Source: Bradymonadia bacterium
GTDB lineage: Bacteria; Myxococcota_A; Bradymonadia; UBA7976; UBA1532
Direction of reading: 5' to 3'
Assembly (NCBI GenBank): GCA_046290225.1
Contig: JBKAGE010000081.1
Location: 1-64,000 of the forward strand
DNA length: 64,000 nucleotides
This document shows, in pieces, positions 1 through 9,351 of the stretch. The position numbers and the translations under genes were made by a program. How positions within the stretch are numbered: the stretch's first letter is position 1; every line of letters starts with the position of its first letter. The notes under the pieces are model-generated. The model had not been told where the DNA came from. It saw nothing but the letters and a program-made list of their open reading frames with translations, and did no database searches.

Positions 1-136
1 TTGTCTTTACTCATCAAACCCTACACCTCTTTGGCACCAGTACTCGCATTCGCCAATTAGGCTCAACGATACCAACCAAAATGTGTAGGACGATCAGAGC
101 CAGCGGCTACGGCGAGTGGTTTTTCGTGACCCCCGT

Positions 137-223
137 GCGTGAAATCGTGGGCCTCACGACGGCTGACGCCGCCGTAGCGTTGGAGCAAAGGGCGGCTGAC
201 GCCGCCGTAGCGGCGGAGCAAAG
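137..223. repeat. Two tandem copies (33-bp period) of a dispersed hairpin repeat
   Basis: CGGCTGACGCCGCCGTAGCG(TT/GC)GGAGCAAAG at 160-190 and 193-223; related copies at 47843-47880 and 51933-51984. Confidence 0.85.
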
Positions 224-226
224 AGT

Positions 227-1612
227 ATGATTTTTTGTAATCGGACACTGAACTTGCGGTCCATCAAGGCCATTGGCTACGACATGGACTACACCCTCGT
301 GCACTACCACGTCGAAGAGTGGGAGAGGCGGGCCTACCAGCACATGCAGGCTGGCCTCGTCGCCAAGGGGTGGCCTGTGGGTGAGTTGAAGTTCGACCCC
401 CAGCAAATCATTCGGGGGCTCATCATCGATCTCGAAGAGGGCAACCTCGTCAAAGCCAACCGGTTTGGCTATGTGAAGCAGGCCTACCATGGCACCCAGC
501 GGCTCGACTTTGACGCTCAGCGGCGGCTGTATGCGCGGACCGTCGTCGATCTCTCAGAAGATCGGTGGGCCTCGTTCAACACCCTGTTTTCATTGTCGGA
601 AGGGTGTATGTACGCCCAGGTCGTCGACCTGTTCGACGCGGGAAAGATCCCTGGGGTCGTCGATCATCGCACCCTGTATCGGACCATGAAGGCCAGCCTC
701 GACAATGCCCACATGGAGGGCACCCTCAAGGCCGAGATCATGGCCGACCCCGAGGCCTTCGTCGATCTCGACCCCGAGATCCCAATGGCTCTGCTCGACC
801 AGTACCATGCCGGCAAGAAGCTCCTGCTCATCACCAACAGCGGGTGGCCCTACACCCGGTTTATGATGGAGTACGCCTTCAGCCCGTTCTTGCCTGAGGG
901 CATGCATTGGCGAGATCTCTTCGAGGTGGTGATCGTGTCGGCGAGCAAGCCGAGGTTCTTCACCGAGAAGCCCGCCGCCTTCGAGGTCAAAGAAGACGAC
1001 AACCTGCTGCACCCGCCTCCTGGCAGGCCCGGGCCGGGCAAGATCATCTATGGCGGCCACGCCGAGCTCGTCGAGCAGCAGCTGGGGCTGCGGGGGAGCG
1101 AGATCTTGTATGTGGGCGATCACATCTATGGCGACGTACGGGTGAGCAAGCGCCTGCGGCGGTGGCGGACCGCGCTGGTGCTCCGGGAGATGGAGGCCGA
1201 GCTGGCCGCCAAGGCCGCTTTCGCCGAGCGTCAGGCCGAGCTGTCGGAGAAGATGGCCCAGAAGGTCGAGCTGGAGCACTGCCTCTCAGAAGCGCGACTG
1301 AGGCTTCAGCGCTGTAAGAAGGGGTACGGCCTTCAAGCAGAAGAGGACGAGGCTGAGCTGGCTCGGGCTGTGCCCGAGATCAGGTCCCGTATCGTGGCCC
1401 TCGACGAGGCCATCGCCCCCCTGGCCATCGAAGCCCAGAGTATGCCCAACCCGCTGTGGGGCTCGCTCACCCACACGGGCAATGACAAGAGCATGCTCGC
1501 CCGACAGATCGAGCGACATGCCGACATCTATATGGCGAGAGTATCGAACTTCCTCGAGGCCACACCGTACGCGTTCTTCAGATCGCATCGCGGTGTGCTG
1601 CCTCACGATTGA
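227..1612 (+). CDS. HAD-IG family (cN-II type) 5'-nucleotidase
   Basis: IFCNRTLNLR N-terminus, motif I GYDMDYTL, LITNS, KPRFF, YVGDHIYGD. Confidence 0.92.
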   Translation: MIFCNRTLNLRSIKAIGYDMDYTLVHYHVEEWERRAYQHMQAGLVAKGWPVGELKFDPQQIIRGLIIDLEEGNLVKANRFGYVKQAYHGTQRLDFDAQRRLYARTVVDLSEDRWASFNTLFSLSEGCMYAQVVDLFDAGKIPGVVDHRTLYRTMKASLDNAHMEGTLKAEIMADPEAFVDLDPEIPMALLDQYHAGKKLLLITNSGWPYTRFMMEYAFSPFLPEGMHWRDLFEVVIVSASKPRFFTEKPAAFEVKEDDNLLHPPPGRPGPGKIIYGGHAELVEQQLGLRGSEILYVGDHIYGDVRVSKRLRRWRTALVLREMEAELAAKAAFAERQAELSEKMAQKVELEHCLSEARLRLQRCKKGYGLQAEEDEAELARAVPEIRSRIVALDEAIAPLAIEAQSMPNPLWGSLTHTGNDKSMLARQIERHADIYMARVSNFLEATPYAFFRSHRGVLPHD

Positions 1613-1638
1613 GGCAAAGATAGGCAGATAGGGGAGGG

Positions 1639-1698
1639 GTCAGGACCGCTTAGAGGTCCTGACACAACGGCGGACCGAGCCAGGGTTGTGAGGACCTC
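1639..1698. terminator. Inverted repeats between convergent genes (possible terminator)
   Basis: GTCAGGACC(1639-1647)/GGTCCTGAC(1655-1663) perfect stem; alternative pairing of GAGGTCCT(1653-1660) with AGGACCTC(1691-1698); no clear U-tract. Confidence 0.4.
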
Positions 1699-2559
1699 TT
1701 ACAGGCTCTCGATCCAGGCAGCGAAGCGGTCGAGGTTCTCCTGGCTCCAGGGGCCGGCGCCGAGGGGCATCTGCTGGCCGCTACCGCCGACGTCGGCGTG
1801 GGTGCCCACGAGCTTGTGCCACAGGTAGCTGCCCTCGACGTCGCCGGGCTCGATGAGGCTCAGCTCGCCGACCTGGTTGGCCACCACACCCACGGTGTTG
1901 GCGACGTGATCGTCCAAGGAGAGGCCACCCGAGGCACCGCCGCCGATGTGGCAGGGGGCGCAGGTGTTGTTGTAGAGCTCCTGAACCTCATCGTCGGAGA
2001 AGGGCTCCACGCCGCCCTCGTCGTCGATGCAGCCGGCGTCGAAGTCGGCGTTGAGGCCACGCAGGGTGTTGACGGTGCCGTCGCAGTCCTCGCCGTTCAC
2101 CAGAGCGCGGAGGGCAGGGTTGGCCTCACAGGTGGGCAGACACGCATCGTAGAAGGCGTCCCGGGTGTCAGGGGTGATCCCAGGGCAGGCATCGGAGTTG
2201 GCCGAGCAGTCGGCCAGGGTGGTGCAGGCGTCGATGCAGGCATCGCTGAACTCGCCGCCACCGCCCATGCCAGCCTCGCCACCAGCGCCACCGACGTCGC
2301 CGCCAGCGCCGGCCTCGCCGCCACCAGCGCCGGCCTCACCGCCGCCAGCGCCGGCCTCGCCGCCACCAGCGCCGGCCTCGCCGCCACCAGCGCCGGCCTC
2401 GCCACCACCAGCACCGGCCTCGCCACCGCCAGCACCGGCCACGGCGCCACCGGCGCCCGCTGCGCCGCTGTCGTCGCTGTCGTCGTCACAGGCGGTCATG
2501 GACCAGGAAAGGCTCAGGGCCAGGAGGCAAGTCGTCAGGGTCTTCATCGCGCGCATCAT
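1699..2559 (-). CDS. Lipoprotein with Gly-rich repeat, Cys-rich module and C-terminal c-type cytochrome domain
   Basis: Signal peptide ending MTAC, CAPCH heme motif, later IEPGDVEGSYLWHKL..MP segment typical of planctomycete/myxobacterial cytochrome c domains. Confidence 0.8.
   Translation of the reverse strand: MMRAMKTLTTCLLALSLSWSMTACDDDSDDSGAAGAGGAVAGAGGGEAGAGGGEAGAGGGEAGAGGGEAGAGGGEAGAGGGEAGAGGDVGGAGGEAGMGGGGEFSDACIDACTTLADCSANSDACPGITPDTRDAFYDACLPTCEANPALRALVNGEDCDGTVNTLRGLNADFDAGCIDDEGGVEPFSDDEVQELYNNTCAPCHIGGGASGGLSLDDHVANTVGVVANQVGELSLIEPGDVEGSYLWHKLVGTHADVGGSGQQMPLGAGPWSQENLDRFAAWIESL
2308..2433 (-). repeat. Six 21-bp coding tandem repeats (AGGGEAG)6
   Basis: GCCGGCCTCGCCGCCACCAGC units with synonymous variants. 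Confidence 0.9.
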
Positions 2560-2740
2560 CTACTCCCGTGATTGTGCCAGCCGCTCGCTGGCTGTGCGCA
2601 TCTGCATGTAAAGGTGCGGCAGTATGCTGAACATCGATGGTTCAATGCAACGTCTGTGAGGCGCTTCCCCTTCAGATTGTCTGCGATGGCCTTCGTGTTG
2701 CCTCTATCTGAGGCACAGCAGCGTCATCAATGGGGGATGG

Positions 2741-3643
2741 TCACAGCAAAGAGAGCTGATCTGCAGCCTTCTCTGCGGGCCAGGGCAATGGATCAGGCAA
2801 TGGGTGGTGTCGCATCAGGCGCCGGCGGAAATGTCGGGCGATGCGGGGGGCGTAGAAGTCGTCGGGGTGGTGCGCGAAGAAGTAGGGCGCACGGCCTTCA
2901 TCGAGCCACTGCGCCACCTTTTGAGCCCAGAACTCCAGAGGGCCGCGGTTGGCCTCGAGGTTGGGGTGGGCGATGTAGCGTACGAAGGGGTGTTTGCCCA
3001 GGGCCACGTCGAGGCGGGGCACCTGGGGCTTCTTGCCCTGGGCGATCTGGGTGATCTCGTCATCAGGCGCTGCGGAGAAGAGCGGGGTCGTGTCCATGAT
3101 GACGCGATCGACGCCGTGGGCGGCGAGCAGCTGGTCGAGATCCCGGTGGGCAGGGCCGCCATCGAAAAACGCCCGGTGGCGCACCTCCACGGCGTAGCTG
3201 AAGGCCGGAGGGCAGAACTTCAGCCAGTGCTCGAGGGCCCTGAGCCGTGCTGGGCCCCAATGTGCGGGCAGTTGAAGAAAGAACGGGCCGAGGAGCGGAC
3301 CGAGAATCTCCATGCGATTCAGGAAGAACTCAGTGTCGCCCTCTGCCCCGACGAGGCCACGCTCGTGGCTCACCTTCTGAGGGAACTTCAGGGCGAATCG
3401 AAAGCCTGGGTCTGCGTCATCTCGCCAGCGCTTCACCGTGTCTTCGCTGGGGATCCCGTAAAAGGTGGTGTTGCCTTCGACGGTGTTGAAGACCGTGCTG
3501 TAGGTCTTGAGGAAGGCCGTCGTGGGGGTGCCAGGGGCGAAAAGCTCGCCCACCCACGATTTGAGCCCCCACATGGGGCAGCCCAGGCGCAGCAGATCGG
3601 CAGGGAGGGTCGACATGGCCATGGGGTGTACAGCGCACCGCAC
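2741..3643 (-). CDS. DUF72 (YecE-like) TIM-barrel protein
   Basis: LGCPMW, FNTVEGNTTFY, FRFALKFPQKVSH, FFLQLP, AVEVRH, YFFAHHPD; start could be 3622 or 3616. Confidence 0.9.
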   Translation of the reverse strand: MRCAVHPMAMSTLPADLLRLGCPMWGLKSWVGELFAPGTPTTAFLKTYSTVFNTVEGNTTFYGIPSEDTVKRWRDDADPGFRFALKFPQKVSHERGLVGAEGDTEFFLNRMEILGPLLGPFFLQLPAHWGPARLRALEHWLKFCPPAFSYAVEVRHRAFFDGGPAHRDLDQLLAAHGVDRVIMDTTPLFSAAPDDEITQIAQGKKPQVPRLDVALGKHPFVRYIAHPNLEANRGPLEFWAQKVAQWLDEGRAPYFFAHHPDDFYAPRIARHFRRRLMRHHPLPDPLPWPAEKAADQLSLL

Positions 3644-3672
3644 CCGCTGTAAATCCTCCCCAGGAGGATCAT

Positions 3673-4368
3673 GTGTGCGGCCGATATTTCGCAGATTTCA
3701 CAGTTGATGAGCTGAAGGCGGTCTTCAAGGGCCCCGATCTGCTCGGAGACTTCGAGCCCAGCTACAACGTGGCGCCCACCGACAGCATGCCCATCGTGCG
3801 GCTTGAAGACGGTGCAGCTGCTCTCGCAGGGGCGCGCTGGGGACTGGTGCCGTCGTGGGCCGAAGACACGCGGGTGGGGTACAGAGGGCTCAACGCCCGA
3901 GCAGAGACGGTGCATCGCACCCGGATGTTCCGTGATGCCTTCACCTCCAGCCGGTGTCTCGTGCTGGCGTCGGGCTTCTACGAGTGGTTGCCCCCTCGGC
4001 AACGTGGTGAGGGCAAGCAGCCCTACGCCTTCTCCCTCAGCTCAGGCAAGAGACTGCTGGCTTTCGCCGGGCTGTGGGCCCGTCGGGGAGAGACAGACAC
4101 ATTCACCATCGTCACCACTGAGGCCAATGGGCTCGTCGGGCAAGTGCACGAACGTATGCCGGTGATCCTGGCCCCCCGGCGATGGCGAGACTGGATCTCC
4201 GCCGAGACCCCCACTTCAGAGCTTCATCGACTGTTGGGGCCATGTCCGGATGGCTTCCTGACCGCTCACCCCGTGGACGACGCTGTGGGCAACGTCCGGG
4301 CTCGGGGGCCCGAGCTCATGACCCCCATCGGACCCGAGCTTCAGGTGCCCCCACAGCAGGGTGCCTGA
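3673..4368 (+). CDS. SOS response-associated peptidase (SRAP/YedK/HMCES family), abasic-site cross-linking protein
   Basis: N-terminal MCGRY (catalytic Cys2), YNVAPT, WGLVP, NARAET, GFYEW, HERMPVIL; AGGAGG SD at 3662-3667. Confidence 0.95.
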   Translation: MCGRYFADFTVDELKAVFKGPDLLGDFEPSYNVAPTDSMPIVRLEDGAAALAGARWGLVPSWAEDTRVGYRGLNARAETVHRTRMFRDAFTSSRCLVLASGFYEWLPPRQRGEGKQPYAFSLSSGKRLLAFAGLWARRGETDTFTIVTTEANGLVGQVHERMPVILAPRRWRDWISAETPTSELHRLLGPCPDGFLTAHPVDDAVGNVRARGPELMTPIGPELQVPPQQGA

Positions 4369-4386
4369 CAGCAGCTTCATCGAGGA

Positions 4387-7300
4387 TCAGCTGAAGGGGA
4401 CCGCCTTGAGCGTGGTGCCCTGGTGTGTAGAGAGGTGCAGAGCCGTGAAGCGCTCCGGCCCCAGGGCCTGCTGCGCCACCTCGAGCAGGTGGTGATGGTG
4501 GGTGAAGAAGATGACCTGGGTCTTCGCGGCGAGATCAGCGAGTACCTTGAGGGCCGCCATGGAGCGCTGATCGTCGAAGTGCACGAGGATGTCGTCCACC
4601 ACAAAGGGTACCTGAGGCCCCGAGGCCAGGCCCCGCTCCAAGAAGGCGAGGCGCAGGGCGAGATAGAGCTGATCGCGAGAGCCTTCGCTCATGCCCTCGA
4701 CACCGAGTCGCTGACCGTCCGCGCGGATGCCCTGTAGGAAGGGTTGCCCCTTGCCGTCGTAATCCACGCTCAGGGTGGAGAACGAGCCCCCGGTGAGATC
4801 TGTGAAGATCGAACCTGCCCGGGTGAGCACTGGCCCCTGAGTTCGGGCGCGGTGGGCCTCGATCTCGAGGCGAAGCAGGGTGGAGGCGATCTTGGTGCGG
4901 GCGTATTGCTCTGCACGGCCACGGATGCGCTCGGCGAGCCCTTCGGCCACTTCGTGGGCTTCTGCGGCCTGGCCACCGTTGTCTGCGGCTTCCATGCGGG
5001 TGCGGATCGATCCCAGCGCCTCGTCGTGCTCTTTAAGCTCGGCCTCACAGGCTTCGATCTGCTCGTCGATGGCGGTGAGCTCGGCGTTGAGGGCGTCGGC
5101 GTCTTGAAGTTGCACCTCGGCGACGAGGGCCTCGAGATCGGCCCCGGCGCTGAGTACGCGCAGCTGGCTGTCCACGGCGGCCCGCTCTGCCTGAAGCTCA
5201 GCGAGCAAATCTGCGGCGAGCTCGACGCCGGGCAGCCGCGCGGGGCTGTCGATCTGCACGAGCGCACACAACCCCTGCAGCTGATCGACGTCGACCTTCA
5301 GCTGGCCATCGAGCTCTTCCTCATCTGCTGTGAGTCGGCGCTGCTGGGCGGTGAGATGATCTCGACGTCGCTGCCGCTCGAGGGCCTCCTGACCTTCGGT
5401 CTCGAGCCAGGGGATCACTGACTCTGGCGGCTCGTTCAGCCGATCGGGGGCCAGCGCTTCGAGGACGACCGTGAGGGACTCGGTGAGCTTCTGCTCATCG
5501 TGCTCGATGCTCTTCACTCGGATGCGGTAGCCCTTGGCCTCCTGGGTGTGACGGGCTGCCTCTTCCAGCGCTTCGAGCACGGCGTCGGCCTGCTCGGGCA
5601 AGGCGCCAGGGCTGAGCTCGAGGGGGGCGATGACCTCAGCCCACTCGGTGCGCCAGGTGGTCAGCGCCTCTGTGGCCCGCTGCAGGGTGCGCTCCGCCTC
5701 ACCGCGCTCGATCTGTGTGTCGGCGATGGCGCTCAGGCGTTGATCACGCTCGGCGAGATCCGCGCGGAGCTGCTCACAGCGAAGCTCCGCGGCCCGGAGC
5801 TGGTGGGTGAGAGGGGTCTCGACATCTACAGGGCGCTGCTGAGCCTGAGCCAGGGCGCTACGATGACGCTCCACTGCAGATTCGAGGGTCTGCTTGCGGC
5901 TCTGAATCTGCCCCAGAGCACCCGCACGATCTTGGAGTGACTCCACCTGGCCACACCAACTGCGCATCTCTTTGGGAGAGCCTGGGGAGAGGGTGGCTGA
6001 GTCGGGGACCCGCTCGGCCCATTGTCGACCCCAGTGGGCCCGCTGTCGTTCACCGCTGCCTTCGAGGGCTTCGAGCTGCCCGGACAGCGTCTCGAGCTGG
6101 CCGTGGAGCGAGCGCTGCTCGGCGACGAGCTGGCCGTGTTGCTCTACTCGGCTCGCTTCGCGGCGCAATCGATCGGCGAGATCATCGGCCTGTCGTACGG
6201 CCTCGACAGCCTCGCGCTGAGTCTCGGGTTGCTGAGGCCACTGAGCCAGCAATCCGTCGCGGTGGGCCCTGGCCTCGGTGAGCGCCTCTTCCGAGGGCAC
6301 GGCTCCGGCGCGGTCGAGGGCTTCGAGGGCCACCTCGAGCTCTTCCAGGCGCTGGCTAAGGCGCTGTCGCTGTTGCCGCAGGTCCCGGCGTCGTTGAGAC
6401 CAGTCATCGAAGGCACGCTCGAAGCGATCGAGGGTCTCCGGCGTGGGCAGCGGCAGGGTGAAGAGCGCCTCTACGGGGCCAGACCAGAAAGGCAGCCGTC
6501 GCGCAGCATCATCGATCTCGCGTTGATGACGGCTCAGCTCCGAGCGCAACTCGTCGAGTTGCCCCTCGAGGGGGCCCGCTGCTCGGGCGGCCTGTGCCGC
6601 GGCTTCGAGGGCGTGAGGGGCCTCGATGTCACCAAAGCGCTCCACCGTGAGTCGGTGACGGGCGAGCTGGTCGTCCAGGACGTCGAGGCGCCTGCGGGCC
6701 GTGATCTCAGCCTCGACGAGGGCGGCATAACGTCGGCCGAGGGCTCTCAGTCGGGCCTTGTGGGCTGCAGAGGGCTTGAGGGCCTCGGCCTCGTCTGCGG
6801 TGAGCCCAGGGCGAATCTGGTCGAAGCGCGTTCGGGCCAGCTCTTCGCTCTGCTTCATCCGGCCCCAGATGCTGCGCAGATCGTGTCGTGCCTTGAGATA
6901 CTGCGGCAGCTGCTTGGTGAGCGCCTGAATCGCCGCCCCGTGGGCAAGGGCCGGATCTGCACCACTGAGGCCCTTCAGCTCTTCCTCAAGGACTCGGCGC
7001 TCTTCCTGCAATCGGCTCATCCGGGCCCGGCCCATGGCCACCCGCTGGCTCAGCTCCACGCGCTGTTGGGGATCATATCCAGGAGGCAAAGGCTGAGCCC
7101 CCGGGCGCCCTTCGTCACCCGTGATGGCGGCCTTGAGCTGGCGGCTCAGCGCCAGGCGCTCGCCGACGAGGGGCACCGCTTTGAGCAGGCGCTCGTGGTG
7201 GGCCCGACGCGTACGGAGGAAGCGCAGCTGCTCCCGGGTCTGCTGCCTGCGCTGGGCGCGATCCCGGCGCCCCTGTTCGAGGCGGGACCAGTCGGCGCTC

Positions 7301-7905
7301 AGCGTGGTCACCGTGGCCTCCTGGCTGCGCTGCCCTTGCAGCTGCTGCAGCAGGTTGACGATGGCCTGGTTGCGCCCTCGGGGCAGCCAGAGGGTGTTGC
7401 CCTCGGCGTCGAGCTCGTTGAGCAGCGCCCGGACCCCCGTGAGGCCAGCGCCAGCGGCGAATAGGGTCTCGCCCAGCTCACCGCCGGACTGCAGCAATCC
7501 ATCGCCGCCTTCGCGCAAACGCACGTGATCGATGCCATGGCGGCGGATGAAGGCGGCATGGTCAAGCCCTGGGAGTAAGCGGGCGATGGCCGCCTCTTCG
7601 AGAGGCTCCCCCTCGGGCGTACGCAAGGGGTGTTTGCGGCGCTTGAGCCGGACCACCTCGAGGGGATCTCCGCCGTCGTCCCGGAGCAGGGCCCCGAGGC
7701 GTAGATCTTTGTAATCGTGCAAAAAGTCGTCGGCAGTGCGGTCGTGAATGCCGAAGAGCAACGCCCCGATGGCCTTGAGGGTGCTGCTCTTGCCCGCCTC
7801 GTTGCCCCCATGCACGATGCACAGGCGGCCGTCGGCAGGGCCGAAGTCCAGGGTGAGATCAGTGAAGGGGCCGTAGGCGCCCAGCTCGAGTCGTTCGATG
7901 CGCAT
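4387..7905 (-). CDS. yhaN: YhaN-like SMC/Rad50-family ATPase with long coiled coil
   Basis: Walker A GGNEAGKSS, signature MSEGSRDQLYLALRLA, Walker B VVDD, FTHH; TGATG overlap with upstream nuclease gene. Confidence 0.88.
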   Translation of the reverse strand: MRIERLELGAYGPFTDLTLDFGPADGRLCIVHGGNEAGKSSTLKAIGALLFGIHDRTADDFLHDYKDLRLGALLRDDGGDPLEVVRLKRRKHPLRTPEGEPLEEAAIARLLPGLDHAAFIRRHGIDHVRLREGGDGLLQSGGELGETLFAAGAGLTGVRALLNELDAEGNTLWLPRGRNQAIVNLLQQLQGQRSQEATVTTLSADWSRLEQGRRDRAQRRQQTREQLRFLRTRRAHHERLLKAVPLVGERLALSRQLKAAITGDEGRPGAQPLPPGYDPQQRVELSQRVAMGRARMSRLQEERRVLEEELKGLSGADPALAHGAAIQALTKQLPQYLKARHDLRSIWGRMKQSEELARTRFDQIRPGLTADEAEALKPSAAHKARLRALGRRYAALVEAEITARRRLDVLDDQLARHRLTVERFGDIEAPHALEAAAQAARAAGPLEGQLDELRSELSRHQREIDDAARRLPFWSGPVEALFTLPLPTPETLDRFERAFDDWSQRRRDLRQQRQRLSQRLEELEVALEALDRAGAVPSEEALTEARAHRDGLLAQWPQQPETQREAVEAVRQADDLADRLRREASRVEQHGQLVAEQRSLHGQLETLSGQLEALEGSGERQRAHWGRQWAERVPDSATLSPGSPKEMRSWCGQVESLQDRAGALGQIQSRKQTLESAVERHRSALAQAQQRPVDVETPLTHQLRAAELRCEQLRADLAERDQRLSAIADTQIERGEAERTLQRATEALTTWRTEWAEVIAPLELSPGALPEQADAVLEALEEAARHTQEAKGYRIRVKSIEHDEQKLTESLTVVLEALAPDRLNEPPESVIPWLETEGQEALERQRRRDHLTAQQRRLTADEEELDGQLKVDVDQLQGLCALVQIDSPARLPGVELAADLLAELQAERAAVDSQLRVLSAGADLEALVAEVQLQDADALNAELTAIDEQIEACEAELKEHDEALGSIRTRMEAADNGGQAAEAHEVAEGLAERIRGRAEQYARTKIASTLLRLEIEAHRARTQGPVLTRAGSIFTDLTGGSFSTLSVDYDGKGQPFLQGIRADGQRLGVEGMSEGSRDQLYLALRLAFLERGLASGPQVPFVVDDILVHFDDQRSMAALKVLADLAAKTQVIFFTHHHHLLEVAQQALGPERFTALHLSTHQGTTLKAVPFS

Positions 7906-9185
7906 CAGATGGGCTCACCGAGCTGAAGCAAGCGCACGAGCAGTGCGCTCCGGGCCTGCTCGACCAGGTCCGAGCGCAACAAGTCGACGCGCTCGAAGTC
8001 ACCGCCAAATTCTGCGTTGATCTTGTACTGCAGCTTCATCAGCTCGTCTCTGGCGGCCTCCAGTACAGCCTGGGCGCTGTGACTGTCTTCGTCGTCTCCG
8101 GAGACCGCGCGCAACAAGGCCCCGAGGGCATCGTCTCGGGAGAGGGCCTGCTCCACGTCGAGCACCATACGGGTGTGGAATTGCACTTTCTCCAGCCAGA
8201 CCCGATGACCGTAGAGGCCCAGGGCCAGGGCCCTGATCTCGTGCAGCCAGTGCTCTGGGGCGGTGACGAGGGCCTGGTGGGCTCTACAGGCCCCCTCAAG
8301 GGTCAGCCGCACCGCGTGCAGCCGCTCGTCGCGTTCGATGGCGGCGTCGAGGGCCTCTTCGATGGCGTGGAGCAGCTGCTCGGGGGTGTCTCGATCAGTG
8401 GCGTCGATGCGCAGGTGATGCCAGCGCACCACATCGAGGGGGCGATGCTCGATCTCTGTCACCCGACCTCCGCTCACCGTGACCATCACACAGCCTTTGG
8501 GCCCCGTCTCCCGGGCGTGGCGACCTTGCAAGTTGCCTGAGAAGACGATGTGGGGGGTGGTGTGGAGCACGCTGTGGGCGTGCACGTGACCGAGGGCCCA
8601 GTAGTCGTACCCCCACTCCGCCAGGGCCTTGATGCTGCACGGGGCGTAGGGGGCATGCCCACCGCTGTGGCCTTGATCCACACAGGTGTGCAGCAGGCCG
8701 ATGTTGAAGCAGCCCTCCACAGGTCCTGGGTAGGTGAGCGACAGATCGTCGGTCTCGGCACGGCGGCCATAGCTCCGGCCGTGAAGCGCCACCTGCAAAT
8801 CACCGAGGGTGTGGGTGTCGGCGTGATCTGCCGGGAAGGCGTGTACGTTGGGCGGCAGCCGTAGGGCGTGGGTGATCTCGCTGTGGGCGTCGTGGTTGCC
8901 GTAGACCACAAAGGCCGGGATCCCCACCTCGCCGAGGCGGGCCATCTGCCGGGCGAAGAACATGCCGGTGCTGTAGTCCCGCCAGTCACCGTCGTAGAGA
9001 TCGCCAGCGATGATGACGAAGGCCACTTCTTCTCGAAGGGCCATGTCGATCATGGCTTCGAAAGCGACCCGAGTGGCGATCCGGATGCGATCTGCAGGTG
9101 CGCCTTCATAGCGGTCGAGGCCCTTGAGCGGGCTGTCGAGGTGGATGTCGGCGCTGTGGATGAACTTGAAGCTGCCTTGGTGCAT
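7905..9185 (-). CDS. yhaO: YhaO-like Mre11/SbcD-family metallophosphoesterase (DNA repair exonuclease)
   Basis: ADIHLD, AGDLYD, GNHD, LLHT, YWALGHVH; start taken at MHQGSFKF. Confidence 0.9.
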   Translation of the reverse strand: MHQGSFKFIHSADIHLDSPLKGLDRYEGAPADRIRIATRVAFEAMIDMALREEVAFVIIAGDLYDGDWRDYSTGMFFARQMARLGEVGIPAFVVYGNHDAHSEITHALRLPPNVHAFPADHADTHTLGDLQVALHGRSYGRRAETDDLSLTYPGPVEGCFNIGLLHTCVDQGHSGGHAPYAPCSIKALAEWGYDYWALGHVHAHSVLHTTPHIVFSGNLQGRHARETGPKGCVMVTVSGGRVTEIEHRPLDVVRWHHLRIDATDRDTPEQLLHAIEEALDAAIERDERLHAVRLTLEGACRAHQALVTAPEHWLHEIRALALGLYGHRVWLEKVQFHTRMVLDVEQALSRDDALGALLRAVSGDDEDSHSAQAVLEAARDELMKLQYKINAEFGGDFERVDLLRSDLVEQARSALLVRLLQLGEPI

Positions 9186-9351
9186 GGGCCTCACAGAGCG
9201 GGGATCTGCTGCAGGATTACACTGAACGGGCGTTCTATCACAGGCGGTGTCTGCTGCACACACCCCTCTGAAGAGAGGGGCTGGAAGGCGAGGTGTCGGG
9301 GGATTGGATGCGGAGGCTGCCGATCATGAGGGAGCAGTTGTGTGAGACCTC

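Noticed and set aside
160..223. 33-bp tandem repeat as a mini CRISPR array
   Set aside because: Only two units, no unique spacers and no cas genes
2308..2433. 21-bp array as a non-coding repeat or CRISPR
   Set aside because: In-frame coding repeat with synonymous variation
4387..9185. Wadjet/Lamassu-type SMC defence system
   Set aside because: Only the two-gene YhaO/YhaN arrangement; no kleisin, JetD or effector genes
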